64,000 bases of DNA from Octopus vulgaris (lineage: Eukaryota). This document shows, in pieces, positions 35,851-49,861 of this stretch; position 1 is the stretch's first letter, and each line of letters starts with the position of its first letter. A model generated the notes under the pieces. That model had not been told where the DNA came from. It worked only from the letters and a program-made list of their open reading frames with translations, and made no database searches. Location: the NCBI GenBank assembly GCA_951406725.2, contig OX597832.1:24180001-24244000 (forward strand). The letters run 5' to 3'. The translations under genes and the position numbers were made by a program.

Positions 35851-37977
35851 ACGGACTTCTTTCAGTTTCCCTCTACCAAATCCACTCACAAGGCTTTGGT
35901 CGGCCTGAGGCTACAGTAGAAGACATTTGCCCAAGGTGCCACGTAGTGGGACTGAACCTGGAACCATGTGGTTGGTAAGTAAGCTACTTACCACACAGCC
36001 ACTCCTATGCCTATACATGTATACACACACACATACATGTACACAATGGGCTTCCCCACAGTTTCCATCTACCAAATTCACTCACAAAGCATTGGTTAGC
36101 TAGGTTTATGTATATGTGTATGTGATTGCAAAGCAAGCTTCTAAACTACTTCGTAATGACTGTGCCTCATTTAGAATCGGAGCAGGGGGGGTAAGGAAGT
36201 AGGAGACTGTTATATTCAGTGTGAAGGCCTTAAAGTGTTGACCAAACCCCCAGAAAGTCCGAGTCCACATCACAGACTCTCAAGTCCCAGCCAAGCTGTT
36301 TCACTTCATCAACCCTCTGTCATACCTGTCATTTTACTCTCCAGTTTTGCAGCGTTAAGTAAATCAAAGATAAATCTCCTACCTGGATAATCTGCTACTA
36401 GTCCACAGCGGACAGACACGGGTGGTATTCTTAGGTAGATGTGACAGCTGTTTCTGATAAAATTGGTGCCCAAATAACAAAATGAAACACCAACAGTGCA
36501 TATTTGAACACAAAACCTATGAGATGCCGTTAGTCCAATAAGAGATCTTCAAAGGAAAATCCACTTATGTCTCTTACTATAGACTGGTATCCAGGTGGGT
36601 GTTTCTCCGTATGGATAGTAATTACAGGTGTAAGGGATAAATGAAGTCAAACAGCAAGGCTGGGAAATGAACCGAGGGGATGACCAACACCTCAGATACC
36701 TATACTTCATACAGCATGTCCGATAATAATTTCCTTTTAACCAGTCATTCTTTCCCACAATTATTTCACTTTGGGTATCCTTCTCAACCAACAAACCCCT
36801 CGACTCATATTTTGAGGAAGCACATATGGCTTAGTGGTTAGGGGTGTTGGGCACTCATGATCCTAAGATTGTGGTTTTGATTCCTGAACTGGGTGACCTG
36901 TTGTGTTCTTGAGCAAAACACTTCATTTCACATTGCTCCAATCCACTCAGCTGGCAAAAGTGAGTAACCTGGTGATGAAAACCCACCTTAACAAATTCCA
37001 TCCAACCCACACAAGCAGGGAAAAGTGGATGTAAAAAGAATGATGATCTTTTTAAATTGCTTGAAGGTTTGCAATCTTTAGTTCTCAAGTGGTAAACAAA
37101 GACATTTTTGATAGTATTTTATAGTATTTAGATATATTTCTTTTTTTTTTTCTTTTGTAGCTTATTAATATAAACAGCCTCGTTTTATCTCAGTAAAAAC
37201 TCCACAAACTGCATTAAATTTCTTGTTAAAGAAAGAAAGGAAGACAGGAAAAAGCATCGGCACCACAGCCTTACATTTTACCTCTCTGGCATCACAAAAT
37301 CATTACGACGCAGCCTTTCAAGAGTCTCAGAGGAATTCTGAGAATTTCAAACATGGAGGGAAAACAAAAAGAAAATCTTCATGACTGCCTTGTCGACAAC
37401 AACAACAACCGTTCCTTTAGCATATCGTTAACATCTTACTTATCAGCTTACTTAAGGAATTCTTGATGGAGTGGGGGGACGGGGGGGGGCAGCAGAGAAG
37501 ACAAGCATATTCTTATAAACTGAAGACAGCAGAGCAGACTGCATGTATAGTCTAAAGCAACAGGAATTACAAAGTATATTCTAGGTCAATGGTTCTCAAC
37601 CATTTTTTTTTTTACCTAAGGACTTCTTTGATTACGATTTATTCTGATGGACCTCCCTTCCATAGCCATCCAATGTTTAAAAACTAATTTTGTGTAAACA
37701 TCAACAACTAATTTTGTGTAAACATCAACAACAACTGCAACAAGATTTCAGATATTTCTAAAAGAGATGAACCAACTAAAGAACCTTCGTGATCATGCCC
37801 AAAGCCCTGTTGATCATAAGTGTAACTAGTGTGAACTGACCCAGGGCTAAATAACATTCAATCAGAAACGTACATGGAGCTATTATAATTCAATAAATAC
37901 ACACATACACAGTCACAAAAACCTATTTGTATACTAACCTCTGACCTGTCTTGAACAAAACAAGGGTCCTGCATTAA

Positions 37978-38412
37978 CCCTTTTGATACCAACCTGGCTG
38001 AAACCGCCTCTGGCTCTGTAGCACAAATAACTAAGTCATTTTACTGAATCCTTTGTGATAATCAAAATTAATTGAAAGAAACAAAGAGCATCTCAACAGA
38101 GATATGGAAACGAAAGAGTTAAAGTCACCATATTTTTAACCATTTTGATACCAACCCAGCTTAAACTGCCTCTGGCTCTGTAGTACAAATGTCTTGTTTT
38201 CAAAAGTTTTGAATTAAAATCTTCCACCAAACCTAAGTCACAATTTATGTTCCTAACACTAGCTTAATGATAACTAAGTTATTTTACTAAATTCTTCGTT
38301 ATATTTAAAATTAATTTAAGAAGCTCAGTGCTTCTTAAATTAATTTTAAATATAACGAAGAATTTAGTAAAATAACTTAGTTATCATTAAGCTAGTGTTA
38401 GGAACATAAATT
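37978..38412. mobile_element. piggyBac-like MITE family B (two adjacent copies; second folded back into a palindrome)
   Basis: TTAA-CCCTTT termini; related copies at 47320-47805 (with SINE insert) and 63878-64000; 83-bp-arm inverted repeat 38242-38412. Confidence 0.75.
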
Positions 38413-39051
38413 TTTCATGTTATATATCTTTATATATATCTTTAAGCAATGGGAGGAGGCGCTTTGAAAGGTTACACGTGGAAAAAGCCATGGGAGCCTG
38501 GTCAAATAGGGGTAGAGAGCCCCTTCTTTTATATTACCTTTTTTTATTTACAGGCATAACCTCAGAATTTGTCTGTTCATACTGGGCATTTTACTGCCAT
38601 TCACCCACCTTTCAATAAATTTGCTATGTAATAATAATAATAATGATAATAATAATAATAATAATAATAGGTGTAGGCGTGGCTGCATGGGTAGGTAGCT
38701 TGCTTCCCAACCATACCATTTTAGGTGGATATGTGTGTGTATATGTTTGTGTGTACTCTTGTCTAGTCATCACATGATGGCTGTAAATGAGCATCACCGT
38801 CATACAAGCGAGGTTGTTTGCTCCCAGTCTTCCATGTAAAACATGTTTCAGCCCGAACGACTGCAGAACAGTACATGGTATACTATATAAGACCAACTGT
38901 TTCATTATCAGAGCATGAAGCTGATACCATAATAGCTTGACATTTAAATTCTGCGTTTATTGAATATTTATCTCTTGCTGGAACAAAGGAGAAGTACTTT
39001 TTTATTGATCTTTCCAATAACAAAATAGTACATTTTATATATGTATGTATA

Positions 39052-39088
<37 letters not shown>

Positions 39089-39764
39089 TTATAATATATA
39101 TTTTTATTACCCACAAGGGGCTAAACACAGAGGAGACAAACAAGGACAGACAAACGGATTAAGTCGATTACATGGACCCCAGTGAGTAACTGGTACTAAA
39201 TTTATCGACCCCGAAAGGATGAAAGGCAAAGTCGACCTCGGCGAACCACATGGTTCCAGGTTCAGTCCCACTGCATGGCACCTTGGGCAAGTGTCTTCTA
39301 CTGTAGCAGCCTCAGGCCGACCAAAGCCTTGTGAGTGGATTTGGTAGACGGAAACTGAAAGAAGCCTGTTGTATGTATGTATTTATGTATATGTTTGTGT
39401 GTCTGTGTTTGTCCCCCCAATGAAAAAGGTTATAATCAATCCAGAATAGTGTAATGATAGAATTGTTAGAATGGTGGACAAGATGGTTGGGGTTTCTATC
39501 CTAGATCTGTGTGTTCACCATCATCATTGTCATCGTTTAATGTCTGCTATCCATGCTGGCATGGGTTGGACAGTTTGACAGGAGCTGGTCAAGCCAGGGG
39601 GAGGGGGGCTGCACCATGTTCCAATTTTTTTGTTTTGGTATGGTTTCTAATAATAGATGGCCTTCCTAATGCCAATCACTTTTTAGAGTACTGGGTGCTT
39701 TTTTTAATGTGGTATCAGCAACAGTGATTATGTGATATCAACATGGGTGCTTTTTATGTGGCAC

Positions 39765-40175
39765 CGGGCACAGGTGCTTTTTATGTGGCACCGGGTACAG
39801 GTGCTTTTTATGTGGCACCAGGCACAGGTGCTTTTTATGTGGCTGCAGGTGCTTTTTATGTGGCACCGGGCACAGGTGCTTTTTATGTGGTACTAACACA
39901 GGTGCTTTTTATGTGGCACCAGCACAGGTACTTTATGTGGCACCGGGCACAGGTGCTTTTTATGTGGCACCAGGCACAGGTGCTTTTTATGTGGCACCGG
40001 GCACAGGTGCTTTTTATGTGGCACCAGGCACAGGTGCTTTTTATGTGGCACCAGGCACAGCTGATTTTTACGTGGCACCAGGCACAGATGCTTTTTAGGT
40101 GACACCAGCACAGGTGCTTTATATGTGGCACCGAGCACAGGTGCTTTTCTATGTGACACTGGCATGGGTGTTTTT
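39765..40175. repeat. About 27-bp minisatellite expansion inside a family 3 SINE
   Basis: Roughly 15 units of CAGGTGCTTTTTATGTGGCACCRGGCA. Confidence 0.9.
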
Positions 40176-40699
40176 TATGTGAAACCTGCAGTTCAAATCT
40201 TGACCCATCATCGAACAACAGTGGCACTTCTATTAGGAGTTGCGACAGATATTGCCAGTGGAAATATAGTTTTGTTGGTCTGATAGGAAAGATCAACTGC
40301 CATCACCACCGCTGTCCAGTGTTTGTGCAATACATGACCAGCAGGCTTGCTCACTTGTTCTACTGCACTGGAGAAACATTTATAGAATTGATTTGCTTCT
40401 CACAAGATGTTGCTTGAATACAACTAATGATTACTAATCAAGGCTCTTTATTAATCCTGTCAAATCTATAAATGATAAGAAGCATACGTGCCACAACATG
40501 GCTACAGCTCACAAGCTGAAACACGTGGAAGACTTCAAGAGTATGGTGAATCTAAGACTTTGTTTCAAGCAAAGCATTAGACTGCATTCAGTGGTGAAGC
40601 TCCAGTTTGGGAGTTTTAGGGAGTGTGAAGTTACTCCTTAGTTACCACTGCCCTTAGGTTACTTTCTGGCCCAGGGTGGGAGTTCTTGTCGAGGACTCC

Positions 40700-41045
40700 A
40701 AGTCATCCTAACAAGACGTCTGCGTTGGCTGGGTCATGCCCTCCGTCATCAACCAGAATTCATATACGAAGCAATTGCCCCAGCTCCCCTTCAGGGTTGG
40801 CGAAAGCGATGTGGTGGACAATGTAAAACCTGGCTGATGACAGTCATGGCTGATCTGGAACCCAACCTAGGCCCCCATGTCTACGGCGTTTGCCGCTGGA
40901 ATAAGGAGTGGTTGGAGATCATGCAGTCGTTAGCCTCAAATCGCCAGGTCTGGTCAGCGTTTGTGAGAGATGCAGCATTGAGGATGAATGAAGCCAGCAC
41001 AACCCACCCTGGGTAAATGCTGTCTCAAGACAAGAAGAAGAAGAC
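40700..41045 (+). mobile_element. RTE-type LINE 3' fragment
   Basis: RRLRWLGHALR...GWRKRCGGQCKTW...ASNRQVWSAFVRD, followed by a (AAG)n-like tail. Confidence 0.8.
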
Positions 41046-42844
41046 TCCAGTTGTAGGTCAAGTAAGTGAAGATGAACATACAGAAGATAAAACATACAGG
41101 ATTCTGAGGCGAAGGGTCTTTTAGGCTTACCTGTGTGTGTGTGGACTTGCTTTGATGTCACATGAACAAGTCTTATTCAATATCGTTAACCTTCAAGCAT
41201 TTAAACCAACCATATCCGGCCAAAGTATTCTATTGGTACTATGTTCAAATCAACCAAATGTGGCCTCTAGCACCAGCCGTACAATGACATCCTAAGAATT
41301 AAGTTGAATCATAAAATTCTCAAAGTTAATTCAAAAGAGTGTCAGTAAGTAAGCATTAAATTTGGGAGAATGTTAAAGGGGTTAAGGGTTGAATAGTTCC
41401 TGTACCTCAAAGGTAAGCTCAGGAAAGCAGGTGCCTAACAGGGAAACTAAATAAGCCAGCAACAGCAATGAGAAAGCAGGTGTTGTATCTTTCCCATGGA
41501 AAATTATGAATCTTCATGGAGGTCCATGATTGATGTAACCAATGACTGTTGTTCATATTTCCTGTCAACAAATTCTTAGTTAGATTGGTGCTTTTGAATT
41601 CCTCTGCAACTAGAAAAAGAAAAAAAAATCCCATAATGGGTAGGTATGGGTTGGCAACAGGAAGGGCATCCCGTTGTAAATATCCTACTTCAATTACCTG
41701 CTGTCTGAGTGGTGCTGGCAGGAAAAAACACATTAAACAAAACGAATGGATGTGTACATGCATGTGCACTTACATGCACACACACACGGGTCTTAGTGAC
41801 TATTCCTCGTTGACGGTGTGAGGGAATGGGAGCACCTACATGGTTGCTTGATCTAGAAATAGCAACCAATTCTCTCTCAAACATGTCTTTTCATTTTATA
41901 AAATGGACACCTTGGATGATGATATTGTCTGTGTTACGCTATTTAAGAAAAAAAGATTCTGGCAATGGTTAGAATGGTGTTTGATCACAGGGTCTTATGT
42001 TTGCTCTATCTGAACTGACCTGTGGCTAAACAACAGCCACCGCCTTTTCACGCTCTGTCACCCTCGACACACATCACCTCAGACCAGGCGATGTGTGTGT
42101 GTGTATGAGCGAAACACCTAAGCTCCACGTGGCTCCGGTAGAAGGTAATGGCAAAACTTCTGCTGACTCTTTCGCCACAACTTTCTCTCACTCTTTCCTC
42201 CTGCATCTTGCAGCTCACCTGCAATGGACTGGCGTCTGTCCAGGTGGGGAACCTATATGCCAAGGAAACCGGGAAACCGGCTCTTATGAGCCAAGCGTGG
42301 CTTAAGAAGGAACAAACATGTATACACAACAGGCTTCTTTTAGTTCCTGTCGACCAATTTTGCTCCAGGATTTCATTGGCCTGGGACCACAGTAGAAGAC
42401 ACTTGCCCAAGGTGCCATGCAATGGGACTGAACTTGAAACCTTGTGGTTGGGAAGCAAACTTCTTGACCACACATCCACGCGTGTGCTTTATATATATGT
42501 GAATTTCCGAAATGTGACCTGGAATGAACAAGGCCTTGTATTCTCAGGACACCTATTTAATACATGGTGCATTGCTAACATTAAGAACAGCAACACAAAC
42601 ATAATTAAAATTTTCATGCTCATTATCTAGGTTCTGCCGTTACTCTTTTACTTGTTTCAGTCATTTGACTGTGGCCATGCTGGAGTACCACCTTTAATCG
42701 AGTAACTCGACCACGGGACTTATTCTTTTGTAAGCCCAGTACTTATTCTATCGGTCTCTTTTGCCGAACCACTAAGTAACAGGGACATAAACACACCAGC
42801 ATCAGTTGTCAAGTAATGCTAGGGGGGCAAACACAGACACACAA

Positions 42845-42895
<51 letters not shown>

Positions 42896-43387
42896 CATAT
42901 ATACGATGGACTTCTTTCATTTTCCGTCTACCAAATCCACTCACAAGGCTTTGGTCAGCCCAAGGCTATAGCAGAAGACACTTGCCCAAGGTGCCACGCA
43001 GTGGGACTGAACCCGGAACCATGTGGTTGGTAAACAAACTACTTACCACACAGCCACTCCTGCGCCTTTAAACCAACCATATCCGGCCAAAGTATATGGG
43101 AATTTCCGAAATGTGACCTGGAATGAACAAGGCTGTGTATTCTCAGGATACCTATTTAATACATGGTGCATTGCTAACATTAAGAACAGCAACACAAACG
43201 TAATTAAAACCTTCACGCTCGTTATCTAGGTTCTGCTGTTATTCACATAATTCTGAAGTTGGTTTGCTGCACACGTGTTTGATCTGGTGATGCAGTTTCA
43301 CAGATGTGCACACCTGAATAAATTATTCATACAGTGTGTGCATCGTTGCTGAATAGAAGATGCAAAGGGAAATTACTGCTGCTGCTG

Positions 43388-43780
43388 CTATTATTATTAT
43401 TATTATCATCATCATCATCAACATCACCACCACCACCATCATCACCACCACCACCATCACCACCACCACCATCATCACCACCACCATCATCATCATCACC
43501 ACCATCATCACCACCATCATCACCACCACCCACCATCATCACCACCACCACCATCATCACCACCACACCACCACCACCATCATCATCATCACCACCACCA
43601 CCACCATCACCACCACCACCATCATCACCACCACCATCATCATCATCATCACCAGCATCATCATCATCACCACCATCATCATCACCACCATCATCATCAC
43701 CACCACCACCATCATCACCACCACCACCATCATCACCACCACCACCATCATCATCACCACCACCATCATCATCATCATCA
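43388..43780. repeat. (CAT/CAC)n degenerate trinucleotide array
   Basis: About 390 bp of mixed CAT/CAC; source of spurious low-complexity ORFs. Confidence 0.95.
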
Positions 43781-44481
43781 GTAGTTAATGCATCAAACTG
43801 AATGTTTTTATTTTTAGCCCCCAGCACCCCCCCCCATTCCCATGTTCTTCTTTTTGATCTTGTGGTTGACTTTCTCTTTCATTCCTTTCACGGTTGATAA
43901 AAATCATGCGGAGGGGGGGGTTGATCAAACCAGCTGTACCCATCCCCCGCAAAAACATACAGCTTTAGCCCACGTCAGAGATTACATCGTGGCTTCGCAG
44001 AATAGAATACAATCTTTAGGACACCAAACGTAACGCTATACTGTATTTCATTACACGCCTTTATGTTCTGGGTTCAAATCTTGCTGAAGTCATCTTTGCT
44101 TTTTACCCCTCCAAGATTTGATAAAATAAAGTACCAGTTAAGTACTGGGGCTGCTATAACTGGCTATACCCCATCATTTCCCAAATTTGAGGTTTTGTGC
44201 TTTTGTTAAAAGATCTTAAGTGGAATGGACCGACCGGATTGTTTGAGCCTTGGACAGTGCTTTGCAGTATTTGGTCTTTCTTTTACTTGTTTCGGTCTTT
44301 TGACTGTGGCCATGCTGGAGCACCGCCTTAAGTCAACAAATCGACCCCAGGACTTATTCTTTGTAAGCCTAGTGCTTATTCTATCGGTCTCTTTAGCCAA
44401 ACCACTAAGTTATGGGTATGTAAACAAACCACCATCGGTTGTCAAGCAATGGTGGGGAGACAAACAGACACACACATGCAA

Positions 44482-44546
<65 letters not shown>

Positions 44547-47375
44547 GCTTCTTTCAGTTTCCATCTACCAAATCCACTCAAGGATTTGGTCGGCTCGAGA
44601 CTATAGTAGAAGACACTTGCCCAAGGTGCTGCAGAGTGGGACTGAACCCAGAATCATGTGGTTGGGAAGCAAGCTTCTTACCACACAGTCACTCCTGCGC
44701 CTATTTGTTTGTTTGTTTCTTTTCATTGATTTTCTCCTTTGAGGTGGTGAGCCAACAGAAGCGCTAGCATGCTGGGCAAAATGCTTGGTTTCATTTCGTC
44801 CGTCTGCACATTCTGAGTTCAAATTCCATCAGGTTTGACTTTGCCTTTCAACTCCTTTCGGGGTTGATTAAATAAGTACCAGTTGAGAACCGGGGGTTGA
44901 TCTAACCAACTTACTCCTCCCCCAAGATTGCTGGCCTTATGCCAAAATTTTGAAATCAATATTTGTTCTGAGTTCATTCCCCACCGAGTAATCTGCATAA
45001 TATATGTGTGTGTAATACGTAGAAATGCTGGTATTCTGTTTTGGTTATGTATTTGCATTTTGTTAATCATTTTCAAGTCACCTGCCACACCATTAGTGCA
45101 TTCGATAATGAGTCCTAGATAGATTATGTATGACCTGGAACACCTTTGAGCATGAACTCTACTTAATTAGGGCTAATCAGCAACTGAAGTAGTTAGTCTT
45201 ATTTCTTCTCCCCTTTAAATGCAAAACCTCGTTTATTTCTGTAAGACCTCAGTGTTTAGCACTTTAGCATTCAGATTAATCTGTCAAATGTAATGCTTGT
45301 TTCTTCACATGGACTTCAATTGGTTATGCATTATCTTGTAGCTTTGAAATTTCAATGATATGAGCATTTAGTATTGTAGGGTAAGTGTGAGAGACCAGAT
45401 CTGGTCAGTTTGAATATAAAACATATAGAATATTTTGGTCAGATCTGGCCAGTTTAAATGCTAAAGGGTTAATTATGAGAGAGCTGATACTAAACAGATA
45501 CCTTTTAGCATTCAGTTTTATGTCTCTCGGTTCCAAATTCAAATCCTAGCAGGGTTGATTTTTTTTTTTACATAATCTGAACAACATTTTGTATGTCTCG
45601 CATCTCTACTATCTGTCGCATTCTTTTCTCTTGCGAACCTACCTACCCAACCAACCCTCCTCAATACCCTGTCCCTATTTACCATTTTGTATTGCAGTTG
45701 GACTGAACCCAAAACCTTGAGGCTGGTAAGCAAACTGCCTAACCTCATAGCCACACCCACATTTATGTAACAGTCGAATGTTTAAGGCTCTTGCCTTTTA
45801 TCTCATGGTTGATTTTTTTATTACCCACAAGGGGCCACTTTTATCTCATGGTGGACAACAGGTTCCAAAATGTTAGATAATATATTCTTCATGCCATTTG
45901 AATTTACAAAACTCTTGTCTTTTTCTTTGTCTTTTAAGATTATTCGGTTAGAACTTCATATGTTGCTGCTCCTGCCCTTCCTCTTCTCGAAATATCTAGT
46001 CATTGGTGAAGTACTTGAGGGTTTGGGTTGGCAGGTTTACATGTCTCTTTTATAAACCTGTCTGTATTCCTCTTATGTTTACAGTTGTCAAAAAAAAAAA
46101 AAAAACCTACCCACCACTGCCATCACCACCAACACAAGATGTTGTATAATCTACTGACTAACATTTATAGTTCACACACTTGCTGTTGTGCTTCTTCTTC
46201 GTTTGTGGAAAGTGTATCTGCAGTTTCATTGCAAAGTAGGTGTTCAAACCACACCTGCTGCTGCTGTTGCTGTGCTCCACCCTCACCTCAGCCCACCCTA
46301 CTCCACTCACATTCCCTTTTATAAGGGTACCCGAGAAGTAGCAACAGATCTTTTAGCGAATCCTTTTTTAAAACAGTTTCATTGCCCTTTTTTCGTCTAG
46401 ATATTCACAGTAATAGCTTATAAATTTGTGTTACGAACCTAGAAATATATATACATACACACACACATACATAAAGACAGACACACACTCACACATATAT
46501 GTACACACACATATGCATACATACATCATAAATGTCCACTAATGAGAAAGAGTGCTCAACACTGGATTGGAGGATAGACTTTCTTTATTTGTGTATTAAG
46601 GCTACCATTGGTTGACTTGGGGTTATGGTAGATGACATACAATAAGACTAAACTGAAAACCATGCAGTTGGGAAGCCAACTTCTTAATCACACAATCATG
46701 TCTGCTTGTGAAAACTTTTGTCTTTGCTAAATATTCTTTGGGGCCTTAATTTCTTTTAATTCCTCAATTATACTACAGGAACCAGGTCAATACTGCAGTG
46801 AAGTTTCCACAGACAGCCAGTCTTAAAACCCCTTTGTTTGTAGTCTAGACTCAGTAATAAACAGAAGGGAGCTCAGAACTGAACCTTGCTGGACACTTAC
46901 CTACTCTTGGAATTCTTTGCTGATGGTGTTTCTGGACATGGCTTTCCCAGCTCTCACACACCGTTCATCGACACAGAATGTACTGTGTCCACCACAGGGT
47001 CCAGTCCTGGTTGCAGTGTCGTGGTATGTGTGCCTCAATGACACTATGGTGGACACACAACGTGAGCTTCTGGTAGGGCCTGCCATGCTGGACCAGGTCT
47101 AAAGACAGAGGCCAGGCTACAATGGACCACCTCTTCCCAGAGGTAAACATGGGTTTGTATCAAGCCAACACCTCTATCTTAGAAAGAAGCAGAGTTACAG
47201 AAGTATTGATGACAATTCTAAACAATGAAGACTTGTGAAAGAAAAAGATAACCCAGAATTGAGAACAGGGAAGAAGAGTTGCCTGTAGCCTATGGATCTA
47301 GAAGGAACAAAGGGCTTAACCCTTTCATTACCGTATTTTTTTGAGATGCTCTGTGTTTCTTTCAATTACTTTAAA

Positions 47376-47674
47376 TCATCATCGTTTAGCGTCCACTTTC
47401 CATGCTAGCATGAGTTGGACGGTTCAACTGGGGTCTGGGAAGTCAGAAGGCTGCAGCAGGCCCAGTCTGATTTGGCAATGTTTCTACGGCTGGATGCCCT
47501 TCCTAACGCCAACCACTCCGTGAGTGTAGTGGGTGCTTTTTATGTGCCACTGGCACAGGTGCCAGACGAGGCTGGCAAACGGCCACAATCGGATGGTGCT
47601 TTTTACATGCCACCGGCACAGGGGCCAGGCGAGGCTGGCAACGGCCACAATCGGATGGTGCTTTTTACGTGCCA
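47376..47674 (-). mobile_element. SINE-like family 3 with (GAT)n tail and internal tandem unit, probably RTE-mobilised; representative copy
   Basis: Conserved GTTGGCGTTAGGAAGGGCATCCAGCTGTAGAAAC...GGACGTTAAACGATGATG. Copies at about 16298-16520, 18653-18915, 23853-24035, 26471-26695, 35149-35385, 39518-40180, 49600-49817, 58868-59050 and 62550-62873. Confidence 0.8.
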
Positions 47675-47829
47675 ATAACAAAGAATTTAGTAAAATAACT
47701 TAGTTATCATTAAGCTAGTGTTAGGAACATAAATTGTGACTAATGAAAACAAGACATTTGTACTACAGAGCCAGAGCTGGTTTCATCCGGGTTGGTAACG
47801 AAAGTGTTAAGAAAATGTAGTTTTCTTTT

Positions 47830-48190
47830 GTGAGCGTGATGCCCTGCAAAGGGTCAACGACTACCAGAGTATGAAACCCCATTGAAAGTCAGTGGATGCT
47901 AGATGTAGTAGTGGCTTCCTCTTTGCTGAGAACTCCTTCAATAGTTCGTTTCACCAGAAATAGAGCCATCCTGGCACAAACTCAAAACTACATCTCATCA
48001 AAGCTTGTTCTTTTCCTCACCAGTTGTGCTCTGACTTTCCCCATTTATTTCCATCATTGCTTCTTCGTCAGTCAATTTGATGCTTCTGTAATTGCTTCTT
48101 TCTAATGTGTCTCTTTCGCTTTTGTAGCAGTTGATGATACTGTCTGTGTCAGCAAGGTCATCGGGTATGACACCTTTGTGTATTAATAGA
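47830..48190 (-). mobile_element. RTE LINE reverse-transcriptase N-terminal fragment
   Basis: GVIPDD...SIINCYK...SNYRSIKL, a degenerate NYRGI motif. Confidence 0.7.
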
Positions 48191-48736
48191 CTGACTGCAG
48201 GCATGACTGCGTTGTTAAGAGGTTCGTTTTGCAACCACATGGTTTTGAGTTCCGTTCCACTACAGGGTACATTAGGCAAGCGTCTTCTACTATATTGCCC
48301 TGAACCAACTATAGCTTCACGAGTGGATTTGGTAAATAGAAACTGAAGGAAGCCCATTGTGTGTGTGTGTGTGTATCTGTGTGTCTGATTATGTTGGCCT
48401 CGTTTATAAGACATTTTCGGTGTCCATAATTTAACAGTGCTACAAAGAAATTAAGATAAGCACCAAGCTTAAAAATATATATGTATTGGTGTCAATATGA
48501 TTGGCTAAAACCCTTCAGGGCAGTGCCCCCAGTCCAGTGCCTGAAACAAGTAAAAGAGTAAACACACACACATGCTTTACCTCTCTCTATTTCTCTCTTT
48601 CTCTCTCACACACACATGCTTTATCTCTCTCTTTCACACACACACACACATGCTTTATCTCTCTCTTTCCCTCTCTCTCACACATGCTTTATCTCTCTAT
48701 TTCTGTCTCTCTCTCTCACACACACACACTCATACA

Positions 48737-48775
<39 letters not shown>

Positions 48776-49825
48776 ACTCACTCACTCACTCACTCACACA
48801 CACACACACATATTTGTGAGTAGCAGCATCATCGAACATTTCGATCTCAGCAAAACTCTGGTGGGCAAATCAATAGCTTTACCGTATTCTTCGAGAAGGG
48901 AGCGAGCAATGAGAATGGACAAATCCATTGTTCACTCCATTCAGGCAGGGATGGGGGTGGGAAGGTGAGGAGAGGAGGTTATATTGTATAATAGTAAAGC
49001 ATTTTATATTTCAATTCACCCAATTTTGATTTTTTTGTCTCCCCCCCCCCCCCACCATTTTTTTTTATGTCTGTAAATGTTCTTGGTCTGGGCATTTAAT
49101 TGTATGTTATTCCATAATAGGAAGTGGTTATTTTCCAGTCATCTCTCGTCTTCTAGCCCTTAGATGTTCCATGTGGCATTGCAAAGAAGTGATATGTTGG
49201 CAAGGCTTAGCTGATGCTCTCTATTAGAGCAGGAATGGTTGGGTGATTAAAGAACTTGCTTTGGAATCACATGGTTTTAGGTTCAGTCCCACAGTGCATG
49301 GCACTTTGGGCAAGTGTCTTCCACTATAGCCTTGATATGACCAATATCTTGTGAGTGAATTTGGTAGACAAACTATGCGGAAGCCTGTCATATATATATA
49401 TATGTGCAGGAGTGGCTGTGTGGTTGGTAACTTGCTTACTAGCCACATGGTCCTGGGTTCAGTCCCACTGCATGGAGCCTCGGGCAAGTGGATTTGGTAG
49501 ATGGAAACTATGTGGAAAGTGACCAAGACCTTTGGTATTATGTCATGCTTGGGAAGAGCCATCAAGCCAAGCAAAATCATGGTTGTGGAAGATACTGGTG
49601 TCAATCAAACTGGCACGTAAACGCACTCCAGTGTCACACAAATGGCACCCATGCCAGTGGCATGTAAAAGCACCCATTACAATCTCGGAGTGGTTGGTGG
49701 TAGGAAGGGCATCCAGCTGTAGAAAACTATGCCAAATCAAACTGGAGTTTGGTGCAGTCTTCCAACGTGCCAACCCAGTCAAACCGTCCAACCTATGCCA
49801 GCTTAGACAATGATGATATATATGC

Positions 49826-49861
<36 letters not shown>

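Noticed and set aside
36280-36670. Inverted similarity ATGAAGT(G/C)AAACAGC..GGCTGGGA about 350 bp apart
   Set aside because: Only about 25 bp with mismatches and no extension; probably chance or an old repeat remnant.
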